Shown here: piece after piece, positions 1 to 13,066 of the stretch
How positions within the stretch are numbered: position 1 is the stretch's first letter
How the letters are laid out: every line of letters begins with the position of its first letter
Origin: Azolla caroliniana
Taxonomy: Eukaryota; Plantae; Polypodiophyta
DNA length: 64,000 nucleotides
NCBI GenBank assembly: GCA_043228905.1
Contig: JBHGNT010000001.1
Location: forward strand, 14,074,001 to 14,138,000
Direction of reading: 5' to 3'
Made by a program: the position numbers and the translations under genes
The notes under the pieces: model-generated
Told to the model about the DNA's origin: nothing
Databases searched by the model: none
The model's input: only the letters and a program-made list of their open reading frames with translations

Positions 1-352
1 AGGGCAAACTTTAGTAAGTGGAGTTGATCGTTATTGAAAAAGTAAGAATGAGATAGTTGCCTCTGTAACCGTGAGTGAGAGTGTAACTCCGTAGTTGTTT
101 GTCAGACCAAGGAGAACTTGAGGTCTTTGCCTCTCAGTTTCATATTTGTACTTCCTCTCTATCATAGTTATATGTTTTCTCGGGGTTTGTGGACCCCCGT
201 GATTCTTCCCATTTCGGGTTTCCCACGTAAATATCGGTGTCTCTGTGTCTTTACGTTTTTTCTGTCTATGTACTAGTTCTTGGTTTTCTGCACACGAATA
301 TGAATGTGAAACTGGTTGTGGCCGGTCGTTTCCTAACAAAGTGGTATCAGAG
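1..352 (+). mobile_element. 3' part of a Ty1/copia 5' LTR (ends ..CTAACA at 338) plus tRNA-iMet PBS (342-352)
   Basis: LTR-type CA end followed by TGGTATCAGAG and then a copia gag ATG at 355. Confidence 0.8.
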
Positions 353-354
353 TG

Positions 355-864
355 ATGGAAGACCCATTCGGCGGCATGTTTAAGCTAACTGGCTCCAACT
401 ACTCAGTGTGGAAGTCGAAGATGAGAGACATGCTCGTGTGCAAAAACCTCTGGCTGCCGGTGCATTTCAGAGATAAAAGACCAGACAAGATCAATGCAAT
501 GATTTGGGAAGTGTTGCATCTGAAGGCGGTTGCATATATAAGGTGTTTTATAGACACGAGTCTATAGAACAACTTCAACGAAGAAACAGAAGCAGACGTC
601 CTATGGAAGAAGATCGGCGTTGTTCGAAAACAAGAATGCCGTGAACCGAGTCTCAATATTTCGAAAAATCGTGAGGTTCCGGTATCAGGATGGCTCGAGT
701 ATGGCGGAGCACATCAATGCCTTCCAAGGATTAATGAACCAAACCACCTTTCTAGAAGTACCTCTCGCCGACGAGGTATTAGCACTGTTGTTGTTGGGAT
801 CCCTTCCGGACAATTGGGAAACGCTGGTTGTCACGTTAGGCAATGCGGGACCGGAAGGGAAACA
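355..864 (+). pseudogene. Ty1/copia (Tork/Tnt1-like) gag N-terminus, disrupted and cut by an LTR insertion at 865
   Basis: KLTGSNYSVWKSKMRDML and LLLLGSLPDNWETLV motifs; stop and frameshift; near-identical to gag at 55808. Confidence 0.85.
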
Positions 865-1371
865 TGTTATGTACACATAACGTTGGTGAGGGTAGGTCAC
901 TAATATTTACATTAGTGAAGGGTATGTTCACTAATGTTAAAAAAGGGGCTAATGTGATTGGATAGAAGGAATGATTGGTGCATGCACTATCATGATTTGG
1001 GCAACCAATGAATGGAGACCCTTTTAGAAAGGCACATCTATTCAAGGGGCCTAGGAAAAGGTATAAATATGAGGCTTAGCTACCCTCATAAGGACATTAC
1101 ATCGGAAGGCTGCTGTCTTAGACATCGGTGGTACGGGCTAGGCTTTCGTCTTGACGATTGTGTTTATCTCGTCCAAGGTATTCGTCATCCTAATATTCGG
1201 CGGTATGGGACATCAATGCTATGTCTATATCATAAAAAAAGGTTGGCTATGTCTAGATCATAACTCGGGGGTGGTCGGGTGGAACGGGTTCTTCTATCCA
1301 ATCTATTTTCCTTCTTTTACTTTACTTTGGTCTATTGATTAGTAATAGACTCTTAACAGTGGTATCAGAGC
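865..1371 (+). mobile_element. 5' LTR (865-1358) and iMet PBS (1360-1371) of a Ty3/gypsy element inserted in the copia gag
   Basis: TGTTA...TAACA termini, TATAAATA at ~1062, TGGTATCAGAGC; related LTR at 47311. Confidence 0.8.
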
Positions 1372-2345
1372 ATTTACTAACAATTTTTTTTTGTTTTGTT
1401 TTGATTTTTTTTGCGTGTGAGCGATGAGGATCTAACAAGGCTCGTCTTGCTCTTCATAGTATCAAAACAACATTCTTAACCCGGTATTCTTCTTTCTCGA
1501 TCTCTCTTTTCTTTTCAATGATGCTTTCTTCTTGGTCATATGGAAGTGGTATTACGTTTTCTTTTCTTTTCTTTCTTCTTTCTACCATGATACGATGTTA
1601 ATCTACTTATGCATCGGGTCGAGCTTGTTTGCACTTATCGCACACGCTCAACTCATGGCCCATTTGCATATTGCGATGTATCTCCCACTCTCTATTCTCT
1701 TGAGCCATCTCTTACAATAATAATTATTCTTGTGCATCGGGTCGAGCGTGTTTGCCCTAATCGCACACGCTCACCTCATGACCCTTTTGCATATGATGTT
1801 GAGTATGGCACCATTCCCTTTATTGAGCCATCACTTGGCCGATTCTATGGGATGTTGTGGTCTTAACGAGGTGTATGTCGCCTACCTATGCCACTCTATT
1901 CTCTATTGAGCTATCACTTGGCCAATTCTACTCACAAGACTAGAATATTACTTGCGAGTGCACTTGTTTTTCCACGTAATACACTTTCTCGACCATATCA
2001 ATACATGTTGGGTTGGCATTCTAATATAAGGCTAACTAGGAAACTACATTGATGTTAGAACTATGGTTGATCCTCGGGGAGCCGCCATGATTATTCAAGA
2101 TAGAGATCCGAGAAAGACATCTTAGCTATGTTTTCCCCCATGGTTTTTAAAACACCATAGTGTTACTATAGTTATCGGATCTCGAATCACATCTCATATG
2201 TCTAGAGGGGTAAAGATGTGAGATGCTTTCTCGATAAAGTTCTTACAATCAAAATTTCAAGCATTCATTTTGCTTGTGTATTTTCTGAACCTCTTTATTT
2301 ATATTGCATACCCACAACTTGCATTAGGGAACAAGTTTTGAACGT

Positions 2346-3485
2346 TGTCGTGACGTGGCTCGCCTAGAAGCGTAGCGTTGCGCACACAAAGGATAACGTG
2401 AAAGTGAGGAAGGAATCACTGGGATTATGGATGGAAGAGACGAAAGAGTAGAGATGGAGTGAATAGAGATCAATAAGATATAACAAAATAGGATTTTTAA
2501 GGAATATAAGATAAGACAAGATAAGATATAAAATAATATATGAGAAAGTGTATAAAATTTATAATCATTTTCATGAAAGAGTTACAAAATGATTGTGCAC
2601 GTCGTTGAACCTCCGAACTTTGTCTTGCAAGGTAATCGCTCTTCTCTTTCTTGATCGTAGACCACTACAATCTTCACTTCAATATTTTGATGAAGGTAAG
2701 GCTCGAACCGCCTCCCTCTTGTTGAGAGTTGACCACCACGACCGCCAAGCTAGAGCTCCATGTTTATGTTCAAATTCTTCCCCTCTTTCTCTATTTTTAT
2801 GGTATCTCTTATGTAATACATAATTTGATTGATATCTCATACCTCTCTCCCTTTGATATTCTCTTTCACCATTTAAATAGGTGCCCCCATGCATATGATG
2901 CATTGGAGGGTACAAGTCATGCATGTAGTGCATGAAATGCATGTGATGCATGATCGCCATTTGGCGTTCATGCATTACATGTGATGCATGATAAACATCT
3001 CGCTCATTTGAGATTTTATGTATGAAACAATATATGCAATAACAATAAACATGAAAACATAATCTTAAAGAGAAAGGGCCTAGCCTAATTGTAGGTGTGT
3101 TGACTTTGGTGTATGAGGTTGTGGGTTTGAGTCTCAAAATACTATTGAATACAACATACAACTTTATTTTTATATCATGAAGCAAATCCTTTATGTAATA
3201 TAAAGTATATATAAAGTATGCTTTATTTTATGTATATTACTAGTATAGAATAAATGGTAAGATTTGAGAGTCATACGGTGGGGTTATTGGTTCAAGTCCT
3301 CTCTTGTTTGTGTAATATAATATATTTATCTATATATATATATATTATTTTTCTTTACATATATATAATATTATCATATGTGTTGTTAATATTATCTTTA
3401 TACATAAAACATGATCAAATGTTATTTTAGTTACGTATTTATCTTATTGTAGACTTTTAATGTGAAGCTTTTGTACTTCACGACA
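2346..3485 (-). mobile_element. Solo-LTR-like insertion (~1.14 kb) with a 4-bp TSD ACGT
   Basis: Perfect 8-bp terminal inverted repeat TGTCGTGA/TCACGACA; ACGT at 2342-2345 and 3486-3489. Confidence 0.75.
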
Positions 3486-3489
3486 ACGT

Positions 3490-3890
3490 TGTTGGAGCGA
3501 TCTCTCCGACCGAGACCTCTCAACTCCAATCCGCATCTTGCACACAAGCTGAGATCACTATTAAGCAATTTCTCACTATTACCTTGAATCAATTGGCTGA
3601 AATGAGGCAAGCCAATATGGCATTGGAAAAGAAATTCCAAGAATTGACTATTGAGTCCAAGAAAGAAGGTGAACCTTCTTTTGTAGTAACGCCATTCAAG
3701 GGAGATAAGAAAGAAAGAACCGAGGAAGCCATTAGCACTTGGCTTGGTCGTTGGGAGTCTCACTTTGAGCTCCACCCCAAGCTCGATGATGTAAAAATTG
3801 GTTATGTTGGTCGTGAGTTAGGTGGCCAAGCTGCTACTTGGTGGCGCAACCTAAGGACTGCAAAGAACTTACCCACAACTTGGGAAGGTA
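3490..3890 (+). pseudogene. Ty3/gypsy gag fragment, truncated by a rearrangement at ~3890
   Basis: TWLGRWESHF...ELGGQAATWW...PTTWE capsid-like motif. Confidence 0.7.
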
Positions 3891-3894
3891 TAGT

Positions 3895-4308
3895 TGATGA
3901 AGCTGATGCTCAAAACTAGGTTTTCGTGCGACCTCAGGAAGATCTAGGATACACCATCGAGGATGGTTGCCGGTGTAGGCAAAGAAAGGTGTAACCTTGG
4001 TAGAAGAGTGTACCGTGTTATTGTATGCAAACTCAGCAAGATGTAAAATATTACGCCAATCAACTTGTTGATAACTGATGTAGCAACGAAGATATTGCTC
4101 GATCATTTGATTTGTGCGCTCTGTTTGTCTGTCAGTTTGTGGATGATAAGCCGAAGAGAGTTTGCATGAAATTGTGAGCCCTGACATAGGTGCTTCCAAA
4201 ACTGAGAGATAAATTGAGGACCACGATTGCAAATTATATTGTCTGGAAGACCACGATGTCGAAACACTTTACGCATAATGAGATTTGCGGTTTCTTGATT
4301 ACTGATGG
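3895..4308 (-). pseudogene. Ty3 integrase core fragment (probably element B)
   Basis: LSSAYHPQTDRQTERTNQMIEQYLR...AEFAYNNTVHSSTKVTPF. Confidence 0.85.
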
Positions 4309-4753
4309 TGTCATGGACATGACAACAGTCATGTCATGATTTGAACTCTTGAACTACTGTATTTTAATCGATATGTTTTAACCAATACATCCAATACATA
4401 ATCATGTTACCTTACAAGATTATTGTAGATTATCTATTCTACATGTAGGATTTTATAAGTTTCCAGAAAGCTCTAAAAGGTAGAACATTCTAGAAGCTTG
4501 TGCATGAAAATGAGTCTTTGCATGGGGCTACATTTAGAGCCCATAAACATGTATAAATATAGGGGTTCACCTTGGCCTTAGTCAAGTTGAACAACACCAG
4601 TTACGAAATCATAATTCAGTTCTTGTTCTCTTGACTACTTTCTCTGTCTCTTTCTTATTATCTTGTCTATGATCTCTCTCTCACTCTCTTAGTATTGAGC
4701 CTCATTTATTTGTCCGTGATAGTTTGTTCACCTTCCATCTCCAAAGCCTCATC

Positions 4754-5802
4754 ATGTCAAATTCTACCGAGAACATAAATCAACTATTGGTAGCCATGCA
4801 CCAACTTCAACTTGAAAATGAGAAACTTTGGGAATCTCTCTAGAAACTCCAAGCTAGGACTCCAATGAATTGGAGAATGAAGAACCCAAGTGCCCTCCTA
4901 CATCAAGGAATCTTCAATTTGTAGAGCTTGGCCCCTCGTCAATCCTCGCTCCAATTCCTTTTCACCCCACTTCAACTATAGAACCCAATGTTAGTTTACC
5001 CGACAAGTTCGATGGCACAAGGGTGCGATTCTGGGGGTTCATAAATCAGATCAAGCTTATTATCCGGGTACAACCCCAAAGATATGCGAATGATTTTTGT
5101 CGAGTTGGCCTCGTTGGGACTCTCCTCTCGGGAGTTGCACAAAGCTGGTTCGCACCTTTGGTCGAAACATCATCGCCACTTCTCGACAATTTTTCTGCTT
5201 TCCTAGAAGAGTTTGAGGTGACATTTGGGGATACGGATCAACGTCGAACAAGACTTACCAAACTCTATTCATTACATCAAGGTAAGCGTCCAATGTCTGT
5301 TTATGCATCTGAATTTAGAAAATTGGCATGTGATGTTCAGTGGGATGACGAAGCCCTTTGCGACCATTTTCGTCGGGGCCTTCGAAGTGATGTTAAGAAT
5401 CTACTATTAAACTTCCTGGTGCCGACTTCATTATCGCAAGCCATCAAGAAAGCAGTCAGTTGCGACAACCACCTTTTTGAACTTTGATAAGAGGAATGGG
5501 CAACTTCCAAGTTGTCACCCTTTCTCCACGTTAAACCTATGGTACAACCCCAAGTGACAGCGAGATCTTCTCCAATGAAATCATTCAATGATCCTATGCC
5601 GATGGAAATTGATCAAGCTCAAGCCCCACTCACCACAGCCAAACGACACCATCGACGAACCAATGGGCTATGTCTATACTGCGACGCCTCTACCCATCTA
5701 ATTCATTTTTGCCCGCTCAAAAGCAATCTGCGACAAGTCTATCGGGACAATCCAACTAGTGGGTCCCAACATTCGAAAAACGACGATGTCCAACTACAGT
5801 AG
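4754..5802 (+). pseudogene. Element A gag with in-frame stops
   Basis: LPDKFDGTR, LLSGVAQSWF, PMPMEID, CLYC..H...C zinc knuckle. Confidence 0.9.
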
Positions 5803-5978
5803 GAGCCATGCGGTTGGACAACAGACATACATGCTGCTCCCAAAGTTCTACTAACGACAAGTCTATCTGGACAATACAACTAGTGGGTCCCAACATTCGG
5901 AAAACGACGATGTCCAACTACAGTAGGAGCCATGCGGTTGGACAACAGACATACATGATGATCCCAAAGTTCTACTAA
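5731..5978 (+). repeat. Tandem duplication of a 124-bp unit spanning the gag-pol frameshift signal
   Basis: Units start CGACAAGTCTATC at 5731 and 5855. Confidence 0.9.
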
Positions 5979-5989
5979 CGACTTTTCCT

Positions 5990-8900
5990 TTGAGGTAACT
6001 CTCCATTTCCAGTCTATTTCAATTCAACCCTTAGCACTACTCGATTCCGGGGCCACAACGTGTTTTATGGACGAAACGTTCGTTCGTAAACACAACTTTC
6101 CGGTTGTCCAGTTATCCAAGCCTATCCCCGTTGAAGCTATCGATGGGCGAATGCTCTCCTCTGGCGCAGTCACCAAAGCCACGGTCCCCCTCATTTTGCA
6201 GCTCGGAACCCATCAGGAGGCCTTATCATTTTACCTCATCACTTCACTGCGGCATCCAATCATACTTGGGTTGTCTTGGTTGAAAATGAATAACCCTGTT
6301 ATAGATTGGCACAACCACTCACTTACTTTTCAACCACAAACTCACATGGAGGTTGGAGCGGCTTCCAATGTTCCTGTGTCAGAATGGCCCGAATCATTTT
6401 CTGTCGAGCACTCCTCCATTCAACTCAGACCAATGCACTCGGATGCTCATGCCCTAGTCACAATGCACTCCATCTTAATGGGCAATGATTTAGAGTCCAG
6501 TACCCCAGCTTTGGTTCCTATGAAAGCCAATATGGACTCGCTTCCATCCAAATATGGTGACTTTGCTGATATGTTCGAGAAGAAGAATGTAGATCACTTA
6601 CCGGAGCATCGACCATATGATTTTCTGATCGATCTACAAGAGGGCACATCTCCACCCTTTGGGCCCATCTATGGTCTCTCTGAACCAGATCTAGAGGCTC
6701 TTTGCACATATCTCGATGAAAATTTGAAGAAGGGCTTCGTCCAACCGTCTAAGTCACCAGCTGGGTCCCCATCTTGTTTGTGAAGAAAAAGGATGGATCA
6801 TTGCGTCTATGTGTGGATTACGGTGGCCTCAATAAATTCACAGTACATAATCGATACCCTTTACCTCTCATCCCAGAGCTCCTCGATCGCCTTCATTGTG
6901 CACAAGTCTTCTCCAAGATTGACTTGCAGGGAGCATACAACTTGGTTAGGATTAAACCTGGTGATGAATGGAAGACGACATTTCGTATGTGATACAGACA
7001 CTTCGAGTACAAGGTAATGCCTTTTGGACTCACCAATGCTCCAACAGTTTTTCAACATATGATGAACGACATATTTCGAGAATATCTCGATCACTTTGTT
7101 GTTATCTACCTTGATGACATTCTTGTCTTCTCGTCGAGCCTTGAAGAGCATACTCACCACATTTGATCGATTCCCTCAAAACTCAGGGAGCAGGGCCTCT
7201 ATACCAAGAGAGAAAAATGCGATTTTGATTGCAATTCCATAGAATTACTTTGTTATGTTATCTCCCTCTAGGGCATCACCATGGATCCAAGGAAAATTCA
7301 AGAATGGGCCACTCCAAAACGAGTAAAGGATGTCCAGTCGTTCCTTGGTTTCGCAAATTTTTATTGGCGATTTATCAAGGGTTCTCCGTCATAGTTCAAC
7401 CCTTGATTGAGCTTACTCGTAAAGGGATGTCGTTTCAATGGACTCCATCTACTCAACACGCCTTCGACCTACTCAAGGAAGTTTTTACCCGGGCTCCAAT
7501 ACTCCTTCACGTCGACCTGACTAAGCCTTTTCAAGTTGAAACAGATACCTCTGACTTTGCTATTGACGCCTATCTTATCCCAACCCGATGATGATGGCAT
7601 CCTACATTTGGTGGCGTACTACTCCTGAAAATTCACAACTCCAGAAATCAACTATCCCATCTACGACAAGGAGCTCGCGGCTATAGTGGCAACTTTCACG
7701 GAGTGGAGACCTTACTTGGCTGGGGCGCAACATCGGGTTCAGGTATTAATAAATCATAAAAATTTATTGTATTTCTCAACAACCCGTAATTTGAATTGGC
7801 GATAGGCCCGTTGGTCAACTCTCTTAGCCAATTATGACTTTGAAATTGTCTTTCGGCCGGGGGCACAAAACATGAAGGTTGATGCTCTTTTACAATGGTC
7901 GGATTTTGAGTTGATCCCAAGGGATGATGCCTATGCTCAACAATCTCAATGTTTACTTAAACTAGATCAATTCCAGCTCTTCGCCACATGCATGCTCCAT
8001 GACGACTCTTTGCTTGAGGAGATAGCTAAAACACTTCCCACGGACAAATTCGCCAACGCAATTCAGGAAGGTCTTATTGATCCATCTAAATCCAAGACCA
8101 AGGAAGACCTTGACTGCTTCAGATTCGAGGGGGGATTGCTTTACCGAGAACAACTCTTATATGTTCCGGAGGGCCGATGTCGAACTCAAGTTCTCCAAAA
8201 GGGTCATGATGACCCCTTGGCTGGTCATTTTGGCATTACAAAGACCCTCGAATTAATCTCATGAGGATATTGGTGGCCTCAGCCATGGAAGTTTGTCAAG
8301 GAATTCATCAAGACATGTGATACTTGTGCTAGATCGAAAGTCGTCCACCATAGGCCATATGGGTTGCTCCAACCACTTCCTATTCCCAACCGGCCTTGGG
8401 CATCAATTTCCATGGATTTCATCACTGACTTGCCTCTTGTCCACAGATATGACACAATGCTCGTCATGGTAGATCGGTTTACAAAGATGGCTCATTTTGC
8501 CCCTTGTGCATTTAGACTATTTCAGCAGAAGCAACAACCGATCTATTTTTAAAGAATGTGGTGCGGCTTCATGGGGTCCCAAATGATGTCACCTCAGATT
8601 GCAGACCCCAATTTGTCTCTCATTTTTGGCAAAGGCTCCTTCAAACATTGGGCACAATAGTGAATTTGTCTTCGTCCTATCATCCTCAAACAGATGGCCA
8701 AACGGAGCGGGTGAATCAAATTCTTGAGCAATACCTCTGACGGTCGCTTAGCTACCATCAAGATGATTGGGTTGACCTCCTACCCTTGGCAGAGTTCACA
8801 TATAATAATACGCTACATGGTTCAATTGGGGTCACCCCATTTTTTGCCAACTATGGTTTCCATCCTCGCTTTAGTATTTCCATCCCTGGCAACTCTGTCA

Positions 8901-9481
8901 ACCCTTCAGCGGAAGGACGTTCTCGTATTTTAGCCGACATTCATCAAGTCCTCTCCTTCAAACTCATCCTTGCAAGGGACCGGTATAAAGCGTAAGCTGA
9001 TCGACATCGTTCCGCTACACCTGCCTTTGCAGTTGGTGATCAAGTTTGGTTCTTACGTTGCCATGTCTATACTACTCGACCTTGCAGAAAGTTGGATTAC
9101 AAGATGTTGGGGCCTTTCCACATCATTCAGTGTGTCAATCCTGACACTTTCAAGCTGGAACTTCCTCCATATTTCTGTATTCATAATGTCTTCCATGCCT
9201 CTCTTCTCGAACCTTATCATCCATCCACTATTCCTGGAAGACACTCTCCACCTCCACCTCCAATTGAGCTTTCCATAGGTGAGGAGTATGAGGTGGACAA
9301 GATTCTGGACTCTCGTTGGCATCGACGACAACTTCAATACTTAATCCTATGGAAAGGGTATCACATTTCAGAGGCAACTTGGGAACCAGCCCAACACTTG
9401 GAGAATGCACCAGATGTTGTTCATGCATTTCATCACCACTATCCACAAAAACCGGGGAGGCATCTTCGGAGGCGGCCTTAG
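5990..9481 (+). pseudogene. Element A pol: protease, RT, RNase H, integrase, chromodomain (frameshifts and stops)
   Basis: LLDSGAT, LRLCVDY, YLDDIL, ETDTSDFAI, SISMDFITDLP, HPQTDGQTERVNQ, EYEVDKILDSR..YLILWKGY..ATWEP. Confidence 0.92.
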
Positions 9482-9644
9482 CAGGGGGATAATGTCATGG
9501 ACATGACAACAGTCATGTCATGATTCAAACTCTTGACCTACTATATTTAATTGATATGTTTTAACCAATACATCCAATACATAATCATGTTACCTTACTA
9601 GATTACTGATGCTCAAACATGTCCATGTCACCATTGCTCAAACA

Positions 9645-12254
9645 AGTCAAACAAATGCTTGATCTTTCTTGGTGAGTTGGGTGAGAGGCAACACGATCTT
9701 TGTATAATTCCATATGAATTTGCGATAGAAATTAGCAAATCTGAGGAAATATTGGACGTCTCAAATAGAACGTGGGGGTTGCCATTCCAATATTGTTTTG
9801 ACTTTTGTGAAATCCATGAAGATACCCTTGGACGAAATAGTATAACCCAAGAATTCAACTTGTTTGCTATCAAAACTGCACTTCTCAAGTTTGGCATATA
9901 GACAATGCTTTCTTAAGCGTTCAAGTACTTTCCGGACATGCATATCATGCTCCTCTTGTGTTTTCGAGTAAATCAGGAGATGATCTAAATAAATGATGAG
10001 AAAGATATCCAGAAAATCTCGAAAAATGTCATTTGCCATATGTTGGAAAACTGTGGGTGCATTTGTGAGCCCGATAGGCATGCCTGTATACTCAAAATGA
10101 CCATACCGAATGCGAAATGCAGTTTTCCACTCATCTCTCGGTTGAATTCGAAGTAGATTATATGCACCCCTTAAATCGATTTTTGTAAAATTCTTTGCCC
10201 CACTAATGCGCTCTAAAAGACTGCAAATTAAAGGTAGAGCATACCTATTTCTTATGGTGACTTTATTTAATCCCCGATAGTCCACGACCAAACAAAGCGA
10301 ACTGTCCTTTTTCTTCACAAAAAATATGGGAGCACCAGCTGGAGACTTTGAATGTCGGATGAACCTATGGGCAAGATTCTCTTCGATGTATTATCGAAGA
10401 ATCTCAAGCTCAGTTGGTGATAGATTGTAGATTGGACCCCACTGTGGCTCTTTTCCAGGTTGAAGATCAATGGGACAATCGTACGACCGATGCTTTGGAA
10501 GTACACTAGCTTTGACTTTATCAAAGACATCAGCATATTCTTGATAGTTTTTGGGAATTTGGATGTCTAAATTCCCTTGCGTGGCACTAGAAGGTGTCAC
10601 TGATACTGCAAATAAGAAAAGTTCCTCCTTTCCTCCCACTTGGGACAATTGTTGCAATGTAATGGTTGAGATTTGATGAAAAGGAGATGGTGCAGTGGTA
10701 GAACTATATTCTTTAAGCGAATAGTCTTGGGTTCAATCCTTAGCAATGATGTTTTCTGATGAAGGGCACCAAATTTCTCGCCTCCAATAGATTCTTGGGC
10801 TATGTAGCTCAAACCATGGCAAACCAAGGACAATTGGATGGTCGGGGCTACGTATTATGCTAAAGGACAATTGGATGGTCGGGGTTATGTATTATGCTAA
10901 AGGAAACTACACATCCTAAATCACCTAAGAGTATGTGTATTGGCTCAAACTCTTCGATTATCTTCCTGGAAGCTATGGGACGTCCATCAATCACTACTAC
11001 AGAAACCGGGCAAGGAAGGGTATGCAAGGATATTGGATGTTTTTGGGCAAAATCTCTATCCATGAAACAAGAATTGGCACCGGTATCTAAGAGGGCTTGG
11101 ACCTGAAGTTGACAACTTGGTGTCCTAATGTGTACTTGGGTTGAGAAGACTCTACTAACATGCTTGGAAGAAATGGAACCTACATTAGGTTGTACAGATC
11201 TAGAGGTGTCCAACCAAATGGCTCCTATTTTGGCCGGGCTTATTTATTTGACTCCTCTTCTAATTGGCTTAGGACTTCAAACTTATTGGACAAGGGTGGA
11301 TTATTCATAATATTAGGATCACTAAGTGCTTCTAAAATGTTTGACTCAGTTTTATTGTCATAGTGAATTTGATTTACCTGACGGGAGCAATGAATGGCTA
11401 TATGTCCTTGGAGTTGGAGCAGGGCTATATGTTTGCCTTGGAGATGACTACACCATTATTGATGCATAAGTTGGTGTAAATCTTGATCTTGGTATTTGTT
11501 GTTGTCGTTCACATCGTCGCTCAAAGAGATGACTATCGCACCGCATTGCTCAGCTAATAGCTTCTGTAAGAGTTTTTGGATCCTCGGGGAATGTAAGAAG
11601 TAAGTCTTTTACATCACTACGAAGATCGGAACGAAACTACTCCATTAGGGCTTGTTCGTCCCAAGGAATATCGCTTGCGATGAGACGAAAATGGGCTACA
11701 TATGTCGATGCTGGTTTATCACCTTGACGTAGTATACGAATCTGGTTGATCATTATTCTTGCCCCATTTGTTTCTCCAAATCAAGCCTTAAATTCTTTCA
11801 CAAATTCCTCGAAATTATGGAGTAGAGGAGAATTTGTCTCTAATAATGGAGCAAACCACGACAACGCTATGCCAGTCAATAAGGTGCCCACTAACCCGAC
11901 TCGAGATGCATTTATCGAATAACGTGTGGGATGCATTTGAATTACCAACCGCACTTGATTCAAGAAAACTCGGAAATGCGCCCTTGAACCATCAAATTTA
12001 GCAGGGAGGCTGATTTTGGGCTCCTTGATAATTCCTTGACCTTCACCCCTTTGTTGTTGTAAAATTATGATTGTTGACTCTAGTTGTTGCACCCGTCACA
12101 TAAACATCTCTTGTTTTTGTTGCTTCTCCACAGTAACCTTTTGTAGATCTCCAAGAAGGCGTTGATTCTCTAGTTCAAGAGATGCAAACTTAGATTTAAA
12201 ATTCTCCATTTCAGCAACAAGGGTGAGATATTTTTCTGCGTTGATGGCAGCCAT
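9645..12254 (-). pseudogene. Element B (second Tcn1-like Ty3) gag-PR-RT; RNase H and integrase N-terminus deleted
   Basis: [42 protein letters not shown]. Confidence 0.88.
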
Positions 12255-12402
12255 GGTTTCGTGATGTTTATAGAGGAGGATAAAGGAGAGAGAGGAATTC
12301 AAATCAAACTGTCATTGTTGCCATTTAGAAACACGGTCCACGGTCAGTCCTTCGACCTAGACCTCCAAGTGGGTGTGGAACAACGAATAGGCGTCTAAGC
12401 GT

Positions 12403-13066
12403 TGTCGTAATGTGGCATGTCTAGTGCGAGAAAAAATCAAAAATTGAGGATCCACACACATTTCACGAATACTTGTAAAAATGAAAATAAATAAACCTAG
12501 GTCACAATGGCATTGAGTGCATGTAGAGGGTTGCAAGTAGGATTTGAACCTTGCACCTCTAAGATAAGAGGCAATTACCTTACCACTAAAGCTACTACTA
12601 AGTGCTTTAGATGTTCTATATTTCTTTCTCATATTCAGTATTCCGTAGGAAACAAACGAACAAAACCGTGTACACAAAACCACGGTTTTAAGCCCATGGT
12701 TTCCTGCATGTCTCAAAGCAAAACTGTGTGCATAGAAACCATGGCTCCAAGCCCATGGTTTTGTGCATGGACAAACCTATAAAACCGCTAGTACGGCTTG
12801 TGTAAGGGGGGCGCTCAATATGATATGACCATCACCATCACCATCAATAATATAAGCTTCTATTTCTTCTTCTTCGCATCTATCTTGTAATTATTTATCT
12901 ACTTCTCAAAGTGTACAATCTTCAATCTTCTCAAGTGTAATAGGTCTTCCTCCAATCTTACATTCACATCGTCCTCTTCTCAATACCTTGACGGACATCC
13001 TCCTTGGTCCAAGACCCCGGTGGTCCCGCTCAAGCGAAGCACGCTCGCACGCGCATCTTTGCGACA
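12403..13066 (+). mobile_element. Solo-LTR-like insertion in element C's 3' LTR; 4-bp TSD GCGT/ACGT
   Basis: TGTCGTAA...TTGCGACA termini; absent from C's other LTR (AAGCGTAATG at 27751); homologous to 32438-33018. Confidence 0.8.

Larger units (their letters stand above)
4309..9630 (+). mobile_element. Element A: Tcn1-like chromovirus (Ty3/gypsy); 5' LTR 4309-4721, PPT ~9480-9492, truncated 3' LTR from 9493
   Basis: LTR starts TGTCATGGACATGACA at both 4309 and 9493; 5' LTR ends TGTCCGTGATA; gag-PR-RT-RH-INT-chromodomain order. Confidence 0.9.

Noticed and set aside
2679-3185. 168-aa His/Met-rich ORF
   Set aside because: Comes from ATGC/CATG-rich low-complexity LTR sequence.
10827-10900. 36-bp tandem duplication in element B's protease region
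   Set aside because: Ordinary post-insertion slippage.
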